This document shows positions 43,651 through 58,500 of a stretch of 64,000 nucleotides of DNA, in pieces. A program made the position numbers and the translations under genes. The notes under the pieces were generated by a model. The model was given only the letters and a program-made list of their open reading frames with translations. It searched no databases and was not told the origin of the DNA. This stretch comes from Eledone cirrhosa. Taxonomy: Eukaryota. The stretch covers positions 32,364,001 through 32,428,000 of the forward strand of contig OZ024741.1 in the NCBI GenBank assembly GCA_964016885.1. Direction: 5' to 3'. Every line of letters begins with the position of its first letter. Positions within the stretch are counted from its first letter, which is position 1.

Positions 43651-46600
43651 ATAATATTTGTATTTATTCCAGATGTAATACGCCTACATATCTCAGTTGT
43701 TATACAACATGGCTGTATAATATTTGTATTTATTCCAGATGTAATAAGCCTACATATCTCAGTTTTTATACAACATGGCTGTATAATATTTGTAATTATT
43801 GCAGATGTAATAAGCCTACATATCTCAGTTGTTATACAACATGGCTGTATAATATTTGTATTTATTCCAGATGTAATAAGCCTACATATCTCAGTTGTTA
43901 TACAACATGGCTGTATAATATTTGTATTTATTCCAGATGTAATAAGCCTACATATCTCAGATGTTATACAACATGGCTGTACACTATTTGTATTTATTCC
44001 AGATGTAATAAGCCTACATATCTCAGATGTTATACAACATGGCTGTATAATATTTGTATTTATTCCAGATGTAATAAGCCTACATATCTCAGATGTTATA
44101 CAACATGGCTGTATAATATTTGTATTTATTCCAGATGTAATAAGCCTACATATCTCAGTTTTTATACAACATGGCTGTATAATATTTGTATTTATTGCAG
44201 ATGTAATAAGCCTACAAATCTCAGATGTTATACAACATGGCTGTATAATATTTGTATTTATTCCAGATGTAATAAGACTACATATCTCAGATGTTATACA
44301 ACATGGCTGTATAATATTTGTATTTATTCCAGATGTAATAAGCCTACATATCTCAGTTGTTATACAACATGTCTGTATAATATTTGTATTTATTCCAGAT
44401 GTAATAAGCCTACATATCTCAGTTGTTATACAACATGGCTGTATAATATTTGTATTTATTCCAGATGTAATAAGCCTACATATCTCAGTTGTTATACAAC
44501 ATGGCTGTATAATATTTGTATTTATTCCAGATGTAATAAGCCTACATATCTCAGATGTTATACAACATGGCTGTATAATATTTGTATTTATTCCAGATGT
44601 AATAAGCCTACATTTCGCAGTTGTTATACAGCATTGCTGTATACTATTTGTATTTATTCCAGATGTAATAAGCCTACATATCTCAGATGTTATACAACAT
44701 GGCTGTATAATATTTGTATTTATTCCAGATGTAATAAGCCTACATTTCGCAGTTGTTATACAACATGGCTGTATAATATTTGTATTTATTCCAGATGTAA
44801 TAAGCCTACATATCTCAGTTTTTATACAACATGGCTGTATAATATTTGTAATTATTGCAGATGTAATAAGCCTACATATCTCAGTTGTTATACAACATGG
44901 CTGTATAATATTTGTATTTATTCCAGATGTAATAAGCCTACATATCTCAGTTTTTATACAACATGGCTGTATAATATTTGTATTTATTGCAGATGTAATA
45001 AGCCTACATATCTCAGATGTTATACAACATGGCTGTATACTATTTGTATTTATTCCAGATGTAATAAGCCTACATATCTCAGATGTTATACAACATGTCT
45101 GTATAATATTTGTATTTATTCCAGATGTAATAAGCCTACATATCTCAGTTGTTATACAACATGGCTGTATAATATTTGTATTTATTCCAGATGTAATATG
45201 CCTACATATCTCAGTTGTTATACAACATGGCTGTATAATATTAGTATTTATTCCAGATGTAATAAACCTACATATCTCAGTTGTTATACAACATGTCTGT
45301 ATAATATCTGTATTTATTCCAGATGTAATAAGCCTACATATCTCAGTTGTTATACAACATGGCTGTATAATATTTGTATTTATTCCAGATGTAATATGCC
45401 TACATATCTCAGTTGTTATACAACATGGCTGTATAATATTTGTATTTATTCCAGATGTAATAAGCCTACATATCTCAGTTGTTATGCAACATGGCTGTAT
45501 AATATTTGTATTTATTCCAGATGTAATAAGCCTACATATCTCAGATGTTATACAACATGGCTGTATAATATTTGTATTTATTCCAGATGTAATAAGCCTA
45601 CATTTCGCAGTTGTTATACAGCATGGCTGTATAATATTTGTATTTATTCCAGATGTAATAGGCCTACATATCTCAGATGTTATACAACATGGCTGTATAA
45701 TATTTGTATTTATTCCATATGTAATAAGCCTAAATTTCGCAGTTGTTATACAGCATGGCTGTATAATATTTGTATTTATTCAAGATGTAATACGCCTACA
45801 TATCTCAATTGTCATACAACATGGCTGTATAATATTTGTATTTATTCCAGATGTAATAAGCCTACATATCTCAGTTGTTATACAACATGTCTGTATAATA
45901 TTTGTATTTATTCCAGATGTAATAAGCCTACATATCTCAGTTGTTATACAAGTTGGCTGTATAATATTTGTATTTATTCCAGATGTAATATGCCTACATA
46001 TCTCAGTTGTTATACAAGATGGCTGTATAATATTTGTATTTATTCCAGATGTAATAAACCTACATATCTCAGTTGTTATACAACATGTCTGTATAATATC
46101 TGTATTTATTCCAGATGTAATAAGCTTACATATCTCAGATGTTATACAACATGGCTGTATAATATTTGTATTTATTCCAGATGTAATAAGCCTACATATC
46201 TCAGATGTTATACAAAATGGCTGTATAATATTTGTATTTATTCCAGATCTAATAAGCCTACATATCTCAGTTTTTATACAACATGGCTGTATATTATTTG
46301 TACTTATTGCAGATGTAATAAGCCTACATATCTCAGATGTTATACAACATGGCTGTATACTATTTGTATTTATTCCAGATGTAATAAGCCTACATATCTC
46401 AGATGTTATACAACATGGCTGTATAATATTTGTATTTATTCCAGATGTAATATGCCTACATATCTCAGTTGTTATACAACATGGCTGTATAATATTTGTA
46501 TTTATTCCAGATGTAATAAGCCTACATATCTCAGTTGTTATACAACATGGCTGTATAATATTTGTATTTATTCCAGATGTAATAAGCCTACATATCTCAG

Positions 46601-49600
46601 ATGTTATACAACATGGCTGTATAATATTTGTATTTATTCCAGATGTAATAAGCCTACATTTCGCAGTTGTTATACAGCATGGCTGTATACTATTTGTATT
46701 TATTCCAGATGTAATAAGCCTACATATCTCAGATGTTATACAACATGGCTGTATAATATTTGTATTTATTCCAGATGTAATAAGCCTACATTTCGCAGTT
46801 GTTATACAGCATGGCTGTATAATATTTGCATTTATTCAAGATGTAATAAGCCTACATATCTCAATTGTCATACAACATGGCTGTATAATATTTGTATTTA
46901 TTCCAGATGTAATAAGCCTACATATCTCAGATGCTATACAACATGGCTGTATAATATTTGTATTTATTCCAGATGTAATAAGCCTACATATCTCAGATGT
47001 TATACAACATGGCTGTATAATATTTGTATTTATTCTAGATGTAATAAGCCTACATATCTCAGATGTTACACAACATGGCTGTATCATATTTGTATTTATT
47101 CTAGATGTAATAAGTCTACATATCTCAGTTGTTATACAACATGGCTGTATACTATTTGTATTTATTGCAGATGTAATAAGCCTACATATCTCAGTTGTTA
47201 TACAACATGGCTGTATAATATTTGTATTTATTCCAGATGTAATAAGCCTACATATCTCAGTTGTTATACAACATAGCTGTATAATATTTGTATTTATTCC
47301 AGATGTAATAAGCCTACATATCTCAGTTTTTATACAACATGGCTGTATAATATTTGTAATTATTGCAGATGTAATAAGCCTACATATCTCAGTTGTTATA
47401 CAACATGGCTGTATAATATTTGTATTTATTGCAGATGTAATAAGCCTACATATCTCAGTTGTTATACAACATGGCTGTATAATATTTGTATTTATTCCAG
47501 ATGTAATAAGCCTACATATCTCAGATGTTATACAACATGGCTGTATACTATTTGTATTTATTCCAGATCTAATAAGCCTACATATCTCAGATGTTATACA
47601 ACATGGCTGTATAATATTTGTATTTATTCCAGATGTAATAAGCCTACATATCTCAGATGTTATACAACATGGCTGTATCATATTTGTTTTTATTCCAGAT
47701 ATAATAAGCCTACATATCTCAGATGTTATACAACATGGCTGTATACTATCTGTATTTATTCCAGATGTAATAAGCCGACATATCTCAGATGTTATACAAC
47801 ATGGCTGTATAATATTTGTATTTATTCCATATGTAATAAGCCTACATTTCGAAGTTGTTATACAGCATGGCTGTATAATATTTGTATTTATTCCAGATGT
47901 AATAAGCCTACATATCTCAGATGTTATACAACATGGCTGTATAATATTTGTATTTATTCCAGATGTAATAAGCCTACATTTCGCAGTTGTTATACAGCAT
48001 GGCTGTATAATATTTGCATTTATTCAAGATGTAATAAGCCTACATATCTCAATTGTCATACAACATGGCTGTATAATATTTGTATTTATTCCAGATGTAA
48101 TAAGCCTACATATCTCAGATGTTATACAACATGGCTGTATACTATTTGTATTTATTCCAGATGTAATAAGCCTACATATCTCAGATGTTATACAACATGG
48201 CTGTATAATATTTGTATTTATTCCAGATGTAATAAGCCTACATATCTCAGATGTTATACAACATGGCTGTATCATATTTGAATTTATTCCAGATGTAATA
48301 AGCCTACATATCTCAGATGTTATACAACATGGCTGTATAATATTTGTATTTATTCTATATGTAATAAGCCTACATTTCGAAGTTGTTATACAGCATGGCT
48401 GTATAATATTTGTATTTATTCCAGATGTAATAAGCCTACATATCTCAGATGTTATACAACATGGCTGTATAATATTTGTATTTATTCCAGATGTAATAAG
48501 CCTACATTTAGCAGTTGTTATACAGCATGGCTGTATAATATTTGCATTTATTCAAGATGTAATAAGCCTACATATCTCAATTGTCATACAACATGGCTGT
48601 ATAATATTTGTATTTATTCCAGATGTAATAAGCCTACATATCTCAGTTGTTATACAACATGGCTGTATTCTATTTGTATTTATTCCAGATCTAATAAGCC
48701 TACATATCTCAGATGTTATACAACATGGCTGTATAATATTTGTATTTATTCCAGATGTAATAAGCCTACATATCTCAGATGTTATACAACATGGCTGTAT
48801 CATATTTGAATTTATTCCAGATGTAATAAGCCTACATATCTCAGATGTTATACAACATGGCTGTATAATATTTGTATTTATTGCAGATGTAATAAGCCTA
48901 CATATCTCAGTTGTTATACAACATGGCTGTATAATATTTGTATTTATTCCAGATGTAATACGCCTACATATCTCAGTTGTTATACAACATGGCTGAATAA
49001 TATTTGTATTTATTCCAGATGTAATATGCCTACATATCTCAGTTGTTATACAACATGGCTGTATAATATTAGTATTTATTCCATATGTAATAAACCTACA
49101 TATCTCAGTTGTTATACAACATGTCTGTATAATATCTGTATTTATTCCAGATGTAATAAGCCTACATATCTCAGTTGTTATACAACATGGCTGTATAATA
49201 TTTGTATTTATTCCAGATGTAATATGCCTACATATCTCAGTTGTTATACAACATGGCTGTATAATATTTGTATTTATTCCAGATGTAATAAGCCTACATA
49301 TCTCAGTTGTTATGCAACATGGCTGTATAATATTTGTATTTATTCCAGATGTAATAAGCCTACATATCTCAGATGTTATACAACATGGCTGTATAATATT
49401 TGTATTTATTCCAGATGTAATAAGCCTACATTTCGCAGTTGTTATACAGCATGGCTGTATAATATTTGTATTTATTCCAGATGTAATAAGCCTACATATC
49501 TCAGATGTTATACAACATGGCTGTATAATATTTGTATTTATTCCATATGTAATAAGCCTACATTTCGCAGTTGTTATACAGCATGGCTGTATAATATTTG

Positions 49601-50529
49601 TATTTATTCAAGATGTAATAAGCCTACATATCTCAATTGTCATACAACATGGCTGTATAATATTTGTATTTATTCCAGATGTAATAAGCCTACATATCTC
49701 AGTTGTTATACAACATGTCTGTATAATATTTGTATTTATTCCAGATGTAATAAGCCTACATATCTCAGTTGTTATACAACATGGCTGTATAATATTTGTA
49801 TTTATTCCAGATGTAATAAGCCTACATATCTCAGATGTTATACAACATGGCTGTATAATATTTGTATTTATTCCAGATGTAATAAGCCTACATTTCGCAG
49901 TTGTTATACAGCATTGCTGTATACTATTTGTATTTATTCCAGATGTAATAAGCCTACATATCTCAGATGTTATACAACATGGCTGTATAATATTTGTATT
50001 TATTCCAGATGTAATAAGCCTACATTTCGCAGTTGTTATACAACATGGCTGTATAATATTTGTATTTATTCCAGATGTAATAAGCCTACATATCTCAGTT
50101 TTTATACAACATGGCTGTATAATATTTGTAATTATTGCAGATGTAATAAGCCTACATATCTCAGTTGTTATACAACATGGCTGTATAATATTTGCATTTA
50201 TTCCAGATGTAATAAGCCTACATATCTCAGATGTTATACAACATGGCTGTACACTATTTGTATTTATTCCAGATGTAAGAAGCCTACATATCTCAGATGT
50301 TATACAACATGGCTGTATAATATTTGTATTTATTCCAGATGTAATAAGCCTACATATCTCAGATGTTATACAACATGGCTGTATAATATTTGTATTTATT
50401 CCAGATGTAATAAGCCTATATATCTCAGTTTTTATACAACATGGCTGTATAATATTTGTATTTATTGCAGATGTAATAAGCCTACATATCTCAGAAGTTA
50501 TACAACATGGCTGTATACTATTTGTATTT

Positions 50530-53500
50530 ATTCCAGATGTAATAAGCCTACATATCTCAGATGTTATACAACATGTCTGTATAATATTTGTATTTATTCC
50601 AGATGTAATAAGCCTACATATCTCAGTTGTTATACAACATGGCTGTATAATATTTGTATTTATTCCAGATGTAATATGCCTACATATCTCAGTTGTTATA
50701 CAACATGGCTGTATAATATTAGTATTTATTCCAGATGTAATAAACCTACATATCTCAGTTGTTATACAACATGTCTGTATACTATCTGTATTTATTCCAG
50801 ATGTAATAAGCCTACATATCTCAGTTGTTATACAACATGGCTGTATAATATTTGTATTTATTCCAGATGTAATATGCCTACATATCTCAGTTGTTATACA
50901 ACATGGCTGTATAATATTTGTATTTATTCCAGATGTAATAAGCCTACATATCTCAGTTGTTATGCAACATGGCTGTATAATATTTGTATTTATTCCAGAT
51001 GTAATAAGCCTACATATCTCAGATGTTATACAACATGGCTGTATAATATTTGTATTTATTCCAGATGTAATAAGCCTACATTTCGCAGTTGTTATACAGC
51101 ATGGCTGTATAATATTTGTATTTATTCCAGATGTAATAAGCCTACATATCTCAGATGTTATACAACATGGCTGTATAATATTTGTATTTATTCCATATGT
51201 AATAAGCCCACATTTCGCAGTTGTTATACAGCATGGCTGTATAATATTTGTATTTAATCAAGATGTAATAAGCCTACATATCTCAATTGTCATACAACAT
51301 GGCTGTATAATATTTGTATTTATTCCAGATGTAATATGCCTACATATCTCAGTTGTTATACAACATGTCTGTATAATATTTGTATTTATTCCAGATGTAA
51401 TAAGCCTACATATCTCAGTTGTTATACAAGTTGGCTGTATAATATTTGTATTTATTCCAGATGTAATATGCCTACATATCTCAGTTGTTATACAACATGG
51501 CTGTATAATATTTGTATTTATTCCAGATGTAATAAGCCTACATATCTCAGTTGTTATACAACATGTCTGTATAATATCTGTATTTATTCCAGATATAATA
51601 AGCCTACATATCTCAGAAGTTATACAACATGGCTGTATACTATTTGTATTTATTCCAGATGTAATAAGCCTACATATCTCAGATGTTATACAAAATGGCT
51701 GTATAATATTTGTATTTATTCCAGATCTAATAAGCCTACATATCTCAGTTTTTATACAACATGGCTGTATAATATTTGTACTTATTGCAGATGTAATAAG
51801 CCTACATATCTCAGATGTTATACAACATGGCTGTATACTATTTGTATTTATTCCAGATGTAATAAGCCTACATATCTCAGATGTTATACAACATGGCTGT
51901 ATAATATTTGTATTTATTCCAGATGTAATATGCCTACATATCTCAGTTGTTATACAACATGGCTGTATAATATTTGTATTTATTCCAGATGTAATAAATC
52001 TACATATCTCAGTTGTTATACAACATGTCTGTATATATTTGTATTTATTCCAGATGTAATAAGCCTACATATCTCAGTTGTTATACAACATGGCTGTATA
52101 ATATTTGTATTTATTCCAGATGTAATAAGCCTACATTTCGCAGTTGTTATACAGCATGGCTGTATAATATTTGTATTTATTCCAGATGTAATAAGCCTAC
52201 ATATCTCAGATGTTATACAACATGGCTGTATAATATTTGTATTTATTCCATATGTAATAAGCCTACATTTCGCAGTTGTTATACAGCATGGCTGTATAAT
52301 ATTTGTATTTATTCAAGATGTAATAAGCCTACATATCTCAATTGTCATACAACATGGCTGTATAATATTTGTATTTATTCCAGATGTAATAAGCCTACAT
52401 ATCTCAGTTGTTATACAACATGTCTGTATAATATTTGTATTTATTCCAGATGTAATAAGCCTACATATCTCAGTTGTTATACAAGTTGGCTGTATAATAT
52501 TTGTATTTATTCCAGATGTAATATGCCTACATATCTCAGTTGTTATACAACATGGCTGTATAATATTTGTATTTATTCCAGATGTAATAAATCTACATAT
52601 CTCAGTTGTTATACAACATGTCTGTATAATATTTGTATTTATTCCAGATGTAATAAGCCTACATATCTCAGTTGTTATACAACATGGCTGTATAATATTT
52701 GTATTTATTCCAGATGTAATATGCCTACATATCTCAGTTGTTATACAACATGGCTGTATAATATTTGTATTTATTCCAGATGTAATAAGCCTACATATCT
52801 CAGTTGTTATACAACATGGCTGTATAATATTTGTATTTATTCCAGATGTAATAAGCCTACATATCTCAGATGTTATACAACATGGCTGTATACTATTTGT
52901 ATTTATTCCAGATGTAATAAGCCTACATATCTCAGATATTATACAACATGGCTGTATAATATTTGTATTTATTCCAGATGTAATATGCCTACATATCTCA
53001 GTTGTTATACAACATGTCTGTATAATATTTGTATTTATTCCAGATGTAATAAGCCTACATATCTCAGATGTTATACAACATGTCTGTATAATATTTGTAT
53101 TTATTCCAGATGTAATAAGCCTACATATCTCAGTTGTTATACAACATGGCTGTATAATATTTGTATTTATTCCAGATGTAATATGCCTACATATCTCAGT
53201 TGTTATACAACATGGCTGTATAATATTAGTATTTATTCCAGATGTAATAAACCTACATATCTCAGTTGTTATACAACATGTCTGTATACTATCTGTATTT
53301 ATTCCAGATGTAATAAGCCTACATATCTCAGTTGTTATACAACATGGCTGTATAATATTTGTATTTATTCCAGATGTAATATGCCTACATATCTCAGTTG
53401 TTATACAACATGGCTGTATAATATTTGTATTTATTCCAGATGTAATAAGCCTACATATCTCAGTTGTTATGCAACATGGCTGTATAATATTTGTATTTAT

Positions 53501-55510
53501 TCCAGATGTAATAAGCCTACATATCTCAGATGTTATACAACATGGCTGTATAATATTTGTATTTATTCCAGATGTAATAAGCCTACATTTCGCAGTTGTT
53601 ATACAGCATGGCTGTATAATATTTGTATTTATTCCAGATGTAATAAGCCTACATATCTCAGATGTTATACAACATGGCTGTATAATATTTGTATTTATTC
53701 CATATGTAATAAGCCCACATTTCGCAGTTGTTATACAGCATGGCTGTATAATATTTGTATTTAATCAAGATGTAATAAGCCTACATATCTCAATTGTCAT
53801 ACAACATGGCTGTATAATATTTGTATTTATTCCAGATGTAATATGCCTACATATCTCAGTTGTTATACAACATGTCTGTATAATATTTGTATTTATTCCA
53901 GATGTAATAAGCCTACATATCTCAGTTGTTATACAAGTTGGCTGTATAATATTTGTATTTATTCCAGATGTAATATGCCTACATATCTCAGTTGTTATAC
54001 AACATGGCTGTATAATATTTGTATTTATTCCAGATGTAATAAGCCTACATATCTCAGTTGTTATACAACATGTCTGTATAATATCTGTATTTATTCCAGA
54101 TATAATAAGCCTACATATCTCAGAAGTTATACAACATGGCTGTATACTATTTGTATTTATTCCAGATGTAATAAGCCTACATATCTCAGATGTTATACAA
54201 AATGGCTGTATAATATTTGTATTTATTCCAGATCTAATAAGCCTACATATCTCAGTTTTTATACAACATGGCTGTATAATATTTGTACTTATTGCAGATG
54301 TAATAAGCCTACATATCTCAGATGTTATACAACATGGCTGTATACTATTTGTATTTATTCCAGATGTAATAAGCCTACATATCTCAGATGTTATACAACA
54401 TGGCTGTATAATATTTGTATTTATTCCAGATGTAATATGCCTACATATCTCAGTTGTTATACAACATGGCTGTATAATATTTGTATTTATTCCAGATGTA
54501 ATAAATCTACATATCTCAGTTGTTATACAACATGTCTGTATATATTTGTATTTATTCCAGATGTAATAAGCCTACATATCTCAGTTGTTATACAACATGG
54601 CTGTATAATATTTGTATTTATTCCAGATGTAATAAGCCTACATTTCGCAGTTGTTATACAGCATGGCTGTATAATATTTGTATTTATTCCAGATGTAATA
54701 AGCCTACATATCTCAGATGTTATACAACATGGCTGTATAATATTTGTATTTATTCCATATGTAATAAGCCTACATTTCGCAGTTGTTATACAGCATGGCT
54801 GTATAATATTTGTATTTATTCAAGATGTAATAAGCCTACATATCTCAATTGTCATACAACATGGCTGTATAATATTTGTATTTATTCCAGATGTAATAAG
54901 CCTACATATCTCAGTTGTTATACAACATGTCTGTATAATATTTGTATTTATTCCAGATGTAATAAGCCTACATATCTCAGTTGTTATACAAGTTGGCTGT
55001 ATAATATTTGTATTTATTCCAGATGTAATATGCCTACATATCTCAGTTGTTATACAACATGGCTGTATAATATTTGTATTTATTCCAGATGTAATAAATC
55101 TACATATCTCAGTTGTTATACAACATGTCTGTATAATATTTGTATTTATTCCAGATGTAATAAGCCTACATATCTCAGTTGTTATACAACATGGCTGTAT
55201 AATATTTGTATTTATTCCAGATGTAATATGCCTACATATCTCAGTTGTTATACAACATGGCTGTATAATATTTGTATTTATTCCAGATGTAATAAGCCTA
55301 CATATCTCAGTTGTTATACAACATGGCTGTATAATATTTGTATTTATTCCAGATGTAATAAGCCTACATATCTCAGATGTTATACAACATGGCTGTATAC
55401 TATTTGTATTTATTCCAGATGTAATAAGCCTACATATCTCAGATATTATACAACATGGCTGTATAATATTTGTATTTATTCCAGATGTAATATGCCTACA
55501 TATCTCAGTT
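50530..55510. repeat. Tandem 2507-bp duplication (38 monomers minus 1 bp)
   Basis: Both copies carry the 1-bp deletion GTATATATTT (~52035, ~54542), AAGCCCAC, TTTAATCAAG and AGATATTAT. ORF starts 52013/54520 differ by 2507. Confidence 0.92.
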
Positions 55511-58500
55511 GTTATACAACATGGCTGTATAATATTTGTACTTATTGCAGATGTAATAAGCCTACATATCTCAGATGTTATACAACATGGCTGTATACTA
55601 TTTGTATTTATTCCAGATGTAATAAGCCTACATATCTCAGATGTTATACAACATGGCTGTATAATATTTGTATTTATTCCAGATGTAATATGCCTACATA
55701 TCTCAGTTGTTATACAACATGGCTGTATAATATTTGTATTTATTCCAGATGTAATAAATCTACATATCTCAGTTGTTATACAACATGTCTGTATAATATT
55801 TGTATTTATTCCAGATGTAATAAGCCTACATATCTCAGTTGTTATACAACATGGCTGTATAATATTTGTATTTATTCCAGATGTAATAAGCCTACATTTC
55901 GCAGTTGTTATACAGCATGGCTGTATAATATTTGTATTTATTCCAGATGTAATAAGCCTACATATCTCAGATGTTATACAACATGGCTGTATAATATTTG
56001 TATTTATTCCATATGTAATAAGCCTACATTTCGCAGTTGTTATACAGCATGGCTGTATAATATTTGTATTTATTCAAGATGTAATAAGCCTACATATCTC
56101 AATTGTCATACAACATGGCTGTATAATATTTGTATTTATTCCAGATGTAATAAGCCTACATATCTCAGTTGTTATACAACATGTCTGTATAATATTTGTA
56201 TTTATTCCAGATGTAATAAGCCTACATATCTCAGTTGTTATACAAGTTGGCTGTATAATATTTGTATTTATTCCAGATGTAATATGCCTACATATCTCAG
56301 TTGTTATACAACATGGCTGTATAATATTTGTATTTATTCCAGATGTAATAAATCTACATATCTCAGTTGTTATACAACATGTCTGTATAATATTTGTATT
56401 TATTCCAGATGTAATAAGCCTACATATCTCAGTTGTTATACAACATGGCTGTATAATATTTGTATTTATTCCAGATGTAATATGCCTACATATCTCAGTT
56501 GTTATACAACATGGCTGTATAATATTTGTATTTATTCCAGATGTAATAAGCCTACATATCTCAGTTGTTATACAACATGGCTGTATAATATTTGTATTTA
56601 TTCCAGATGTAATAAGCCTACATATCTCAGATGTTATACAACATGGCTGTATACTATTTGTATTTATTCCAGATGTAATAAGCCTACATATCTCAGATAT
56701 TATACAACATGGCTGTATAATATTTGTATTTATTCCAGATGTAATATGCCTACATATCTCAGTTGTTATACAACATGGCTGTATAATATTTGTATTTATT
56801 CCAGATGTAATAAATCTACATATCTCAGTTGTTATACAACATGTCTGTATAATATTTGTATTTATTCCAGATGTAATAAGCCTACATATCTCAGTTGTTA
56901 TACAACATGGCTGTATAATATTTGTATTTATTCCAGATGTAATATGCCTACATATCTCAGTTGTTATACAACATGGCTGTATAATATTTGTATTTATTCC
57001 AGATGTAATAAGCCTACATATCTCAGTTGTTATACAACATGGCTGTATAATATTTGTATTTATTCTAGATGTAATAAGCCTACATATCTCAGATGTTATA
57101 CAACATGGCTGTATAATATTTGTATTTATTCCAGATGTAATAAGCTTACATTTCGCAGTTGTTATACAGCATGGCTGTATACTATTTGTATTTATTCCAG
57201 ATGTAATAAGCCTACATATCTCAGATGTTATACAACATGGCTGTATAATATTTGTATTTATTCCAGATGTAATAAGCCTACATTTCGCAGTTGTTATACA
57301 GCATGGCTGTATAATATTTGCATTTATTCAAGATGTAATAAGCCTACATATCTCAATTGTCATACAACATGGCTGTATAATATTTGTATTTATTCCAGAT
57401 GTAATAAGCCTACATATCTCAGATGTTATACAACATGGCTGTATACTATTTGTATTTATTCCAGATGTAATAAGCCTACATATCTCAGATGTTATACAAC
57501 ATGGCTGTATAATATTTGTATTTATTCTAGATGTAATAAGCCTACATATCTCAGATGTTATACAACATGGCTGTATCATATTTGTATTTATTCTAGATGT
57601 AATAAGCCTACATATCTCAGTTGTTATACAACATGGCTGTATACTATTTGTATTTATTGCAGATGTAATAAGCCTACATATCTCAGTTGTTATACAACAT
57701 GGCTGTATAATATTTGTATTTATTCCAGATGTAATAAGCCTACATATCTCAGTTGTTATACAACATGGCTGTATAATATTTGTATTTATTCCAGATGTAA
57801 TAAGCCTACATATCTCAGTTTTTATACAACATGGCTGTATAATATTTGTATTTATTCCAGATGTAATATGCCTACATATCTCAGTTGTTATACAACATGG
57901 CTGTATAATATTTGTATTTATTCCAGATGTAATAAGCCTACATATCTCAGATGTTATACAAAATGGCTGTATAATATTTGTATTTATTCCAGATCTAATA
58001 AGCCTACATATCTCAGTTTTTATACAACATGGCTGTATAATATTTGTACTTATTGCAGATGTAATAAGCCTACATATCTCAGATGTTATACAACATGGCT
58101 GTATACTATTTGTATTTATTCCAGATGTAATAAGCCTACATATCTCAGATGTTATACAACATGGCTGTATAATATTTGTATTTATTCCAGATGTAATATG
58201 CCTACATATCTCAGTTGTTATACAACATGGCTGTATAATATTTGTATTTATTCCAGATGTAATAAATCTACATATCTCAGTTGTTATACAACATGTCTGT
58301 ATAATATTTGTATTTATTCCAGATGTAATAAGCCTACATATCTCAGTTGTTATACAACATGGCTGTATAATATTTGTATTTATTCCAGATGTAATAAGCC
58401 TACATTTCGCAGTTGTTATACAGCATGGCTGTATAATATTTGTATTTATTCCAGATGTAATAAGCCTACATATCTCAGATGTTATACAACATGGCTGTAT

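Larger units (their letters stand above)
27630..46380. repeat. Large duplication ~27630-34160 vs ~39840-46380 (offset 12210 bp = 185 monomers)
   Basis: ORF starts 27840/40050, 30138/42348, 31062/43272 and 32424/44634 are all offset by 12210. Shared rare variants AAGCCGACCT, CTACAAATC, GCATTGCTG, ATAGGCCT and TAAGCTTAC. Confidence 0.9.
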
